Of a DNA stretch of 64,000 bases, positions 61,258-64,000 are shown one piece after another. Every line of letters begins with the position of its first letter. Positions within the stretch are counted from its first letter, which is position 1. This DNA comes from Podarcis bocagei (taxonomy: Eukaryota), in assembly GCA_964188305.1 (NCBI GenBank), contig OZ076892.1; one strand, given 5' to 3'. A program made the position numbers and the translations under genes. Under the pieces are notes generated by a model, which did not search any database, was not told where the DNA came from, and saw only the letters and a program-made list of their open reading frames with translations.

Positions 61258-64000
61258 CTGCCTGCCAGTTATGGACAAGGAAGGAAGGAAGGAGCTGAGG
61301 CTGGGAAGAAGCCCCTTTTGACAAGGGGCCAGAGCCCAAGATAGTGTAAACCTGAACAAGTCACTCTTTGGAGCCATCAGCATCAGGACCAAAAGCCCTT
61401 CTTGTCTCAAAGAAGGATGGAGGCAGCTGGGAAGATCTTGAGATGCTTCTTGGTAAGTGAAGCATTCTGATGCCTCTTTTTGCACAGCCACCCACAGCCC
61501 ACCAGCCCCTCAATCCCTCTGGCCCACAAAACCAGACAAAGGCTGGTTGGTGCTCACACCTTGAGGCTGACACTGAGAGGAGGGCTCGGCAGTGGCCCAC
61601 CATGACGCAGCAAGCACAGTTTTCTCTGGAGAGTCAGCAGTTGGGGGAGAAGCTGCACATTTCATGGGAGAGCCACGAGGGGATCTCTTGGTCTTTTCAT
61701 TCCAGTACGACTGCAAGTGTTGGTGTGCAGGCTCTGACTTTGATCGTATGCTTGCTGGTGGTGGGGATGCTTAACTCTTCCCTCATCAAAATTGCTCCCT
61801 TAGATCAGGTCTAAGTCCCATGGAGAGAAGATTGTATTTCTTCCTCCCACCCCCAGCAGCATTTTTTTGGGGGGGTGTCACATCAGGCATTCAGCCCCCC
61901 CCATAACTGCTCAATTAAACATGTCTGAGCCATCACCTCAAGAGAGTGGGGTGCCTTCCATGACTTAATGTGTCAGAGTTCAAGCCCCACATTTTCTGAC
62001 CACCATGAGACACCAGTGATGGTTCCTTCGTCCTTCCTTCCTTCCTCCCCTCCCCTCCCCTCCCCTCCCCTTCACATCTGTGGCCTTTATTCCTGTCCCA
62101 GTGCAACTGAGGGAGATCAGCTGGGCCCCCTGGAAGGCAGGGAGGGGCACCCAGTCCAGGAGAGGCTGGGCTGACTTTGGGCAGGCTATCCGCCTGGGCG
62201 CTTGCATATCTTGGTCTCCTCTCTAGCCAGAGAGATGGAAATGAATTGTCATGAATACTGCCAGGGAGGAGGAGATCAGAGGCATTGTCTCTGCGTTATT
62301 CTATGCCAGGGCTGAGTGGCTCTCTCTTCTCCACTGCTCTGCTGGCAGGAGATGTTGACTGCATCCTTCACATGTGTGCATTGGGGTACGTCCCTCCACA
62401 CATGAATACTTTCAGTTTTATGCCTCCAAAATCTGTCCCAGTGTTTCTGCACTGTTTCTAGTGTGTGGCTCACGGAGGATGTGCTCATGCTACGTGTGGC
62501 TGTCCCTGCCCTTCAGTTGGCACATCCCCACCCACCAGCAGTTCCAGAAACCTGAGGTTGCTTGTGGTCACGCATACAGGTACTTTGTTTACTTCTGCAT
62601 GCAAACCTTTTTTTTTTAAAAAAAAAAAAAGTAATACAAGTTTCCTGATATGCCAGAGCAGTAGAAAAAAAAGAATGTGCCCGTCTGGCTTCGAGTCAGG
62701 CCAGAATTTGAAGCTACTCCTGTGAAAAGCCTGCCCCTTCCTTTCCTCCCCTTTTGCTTTTCCGTCTCTGGCACCTGCAAGGGCAGATTTTATTATTATT
62801 TTTCCATATTATTTTCAAGCGCAGTTCTGTGCAAGTGAGCTGCTTGAAAATAAAAATAACCACAAACATGACTTCAGCAACAACCGGTGAAAAAGGCAGG
62901 CTGCATCAATTCCTTTAGGCTGATGGAAGCATAATGGCAGGGGACATGTCAGCCACACATGCTGAGAAAAACACCCATCCACACAATGTACGTCCACAGT
63001 CCACAGTGGTTTTATATTGAATTTTCTACCCTAATCAGATTGGCTTAATTGGATGAGGAGAATTGTGTGTACATTACAAAATACTTACAACAACAGAGAC
63101 ACGAGCAGCTTCAAATGCATATAAATCTCCATTGTGGACAAGCCGAAAAGCCTATTATTATTATTATTTTGACAGGATGAGGTGTTCACTGCAAACTGGA
63201 ATAAAGTGTGTGTTCAAATTACTACAGATGGCTGCTGTGTTCCATGGGCACTCCCTCCCCCACTTTGCATTTCCCCTGTCCAATGCTGGAGTTTTGCTTC
63301 TGATTCAGCTTTATGATGGAGCTACATGATAGCATCCAAAGGCAAGTCCAATTGAGAGTAAGAGGCTCCTTTCTCCTCCACTCTGGGAAGGAAATGATGG
63401 CTAGGAATGATGGCTGGGAGTCCTTGCCATTGCTGCCAGGGCTGAAATAGGAGCAAAACTGTGGCCAGCTGTACACAAAGAGGCTGTGAAGTCTTTCTGC
63501 TATCAAGGCTCCCTCTTGGAGCTGAGTATAATATTTGACTCTTTTACCCTGGCTTTAAATAGAAATTCTGGGCTGTGGTCCCCTCCAGCTCAAAGTTTGA
63601 CCCATGTGGACCAGAGCCCAACATATCTGCACTTGTGAGTCCAATGGAGAAGATGTGGGGCCTGCCTGTCTTGGCTATTTGGAATGGAGATCTTGCAGTA
63701 GAAGAGTCACTTGGCTTTGCAACTTTCTCAACAGGGGCCCGAGCTTAGTTTCGCTCATACTTAGAAATGAGTTTTGAGTCACTTTAGGGAGACACCCAGG
63801 TTTTATTCTTGGCCTTTCCCATTCATGCTCAAGGACACTTTGGTTGAGAGAGCCCTCTTAGTTTTCAGCCACAGAAGGAACAGGTTAAAATTCCCATCAT
63901 GGGTCAAGCCCACAGTGTGGTTACTGGTGGATGAAGAATTGATGTCACCAACAAATGTTCAAATCTTTCATCTTTTGGGTTGTAAGTTAGTCTGTGTTCT

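Noticed and set aside
56256-64000. Searched for HSD11B2 exon 2 (CDSGFG..)
   Set aside because: Not found in the window; intron 1 appears longer than 7.7 kb.
1-64000. CRISPR arrays, operons, rRNA or prokaryotic defence systems
   Set aside because: The sequence is intron-containing vertebrate DNA; no repeat-spacer arrays or rRNA-like segments were seen.

Overview
Eukaryotic (vertebrate) genomic DNA, most likely from a squamate reptile, probably a lacertid lizard. This is inferred from a full-length Sauria SINE, CR1-tailed tRNA SINEs and reptile-type CR1/L1/L2/MITE repeats. The window holds a complete formin gene FHOD1 on the + strand. I resolved 22 constitutive coding exons at 4300-36464 by hand (3831 nt, 1276 aa), plus two phase-compatible cassette exons (24 + 54 nt), a GC-AG intron, a CpG-island promoter and a poly(A) signal. 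About 19.5 kb after the FHOD1 stop, a second CpG island carries exon 1 of HSD11B2 (+, 55991-56255); its exon 2 is not in the window. The intergenic region is rich in transposable elements. It includes a CR1 LINE interrupted by a Sauria SINE and by a 2138-bp TSD-flanked, poly(A)-tailed, L1-derived non-autonomous retroposon that keeps an intact 227-aa ORF. It also holds a chain of unexplained minus-strand exon-like segments, which may be a lncRNA or a decayed gene. Most ORFs in the supplied six-frame track are spurious. Gene names rest on my recognition of the proteins and exon sizes, not on database searches.
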